Source: Chrysomallon squamiferum (taxonomy: Eukaryota; Animalia; Mollusca). From it: 64,000 nt of DNA. How positions within the stretch are numbered: position 1 is the first letter of the stretch; the number at the start of each line of letters is the position of its first letter. Positions 63,887 to 64,000 of the stretch are shown piece after piece. The notes beneath the pieces are model-generated. The model was given only the letters and a program-made list of their open reading frames with translations. It did no database searches and was not told the DNA's origin. The translations under genes and the position numbers were made by a program. The stretch is from NCBI GenBank assembly GCA_012295275.1, contig CM022670.1, positions 29,078,001 to 29,142,000 on the forward strand, given 5' to 3'.

Positions 63887-64000
63887 TTGGAATTTGATTT
63901 CAATTACTCAAACAGAATTTTAAATTAGCGTTTAATATTTCAAATAGTTCTGTTGTTTAATATGAGAAGAATTTTTTTGTTCATTTCATTTTCATATGTG

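Overview
AT-rich, microsatellite-rich, intron-containing animal genomic DNA. An invertebrate, possibly a lophotrochozoan or mollusc, is my inference from composition and protein style. I assembled spliced gene models by hand using GT-AG sites and codon phase. Family calls rest on recalled sequences and motifs; no database search was run. In order: (1) a 9-exon, ~821-aa minus-strand gene fusing an N-terminal CARD/death-fold domain to an APPBP2/PAT1-like TPR protein; (2) mitochondrial ClpP, head-to-head with it; (3) a decayed, intron-retaining AADAT/KAT-II pseudogene; (4) LRRC40; (5) DOHH; (6) PBZ-HPF1 with a 2.65-kb Sola2-like DNA transposon in intron 3; (7) a kinesin-like gene with degenerate switch I/II motifs; (8) a single-coding-exon, low-complexity protein with six DHxY (HCF-1-binding-like) motifs; (9) a METTL7/TMT1-like methyltransferase. 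MITEs, transposase relics and minisatellites are also present. The most interesting candidates are the CARD-APPBP2 fusion (with a triplicated splice donor inside the CARD), the six-DHxY protein and the possible pseudo-kinesin.
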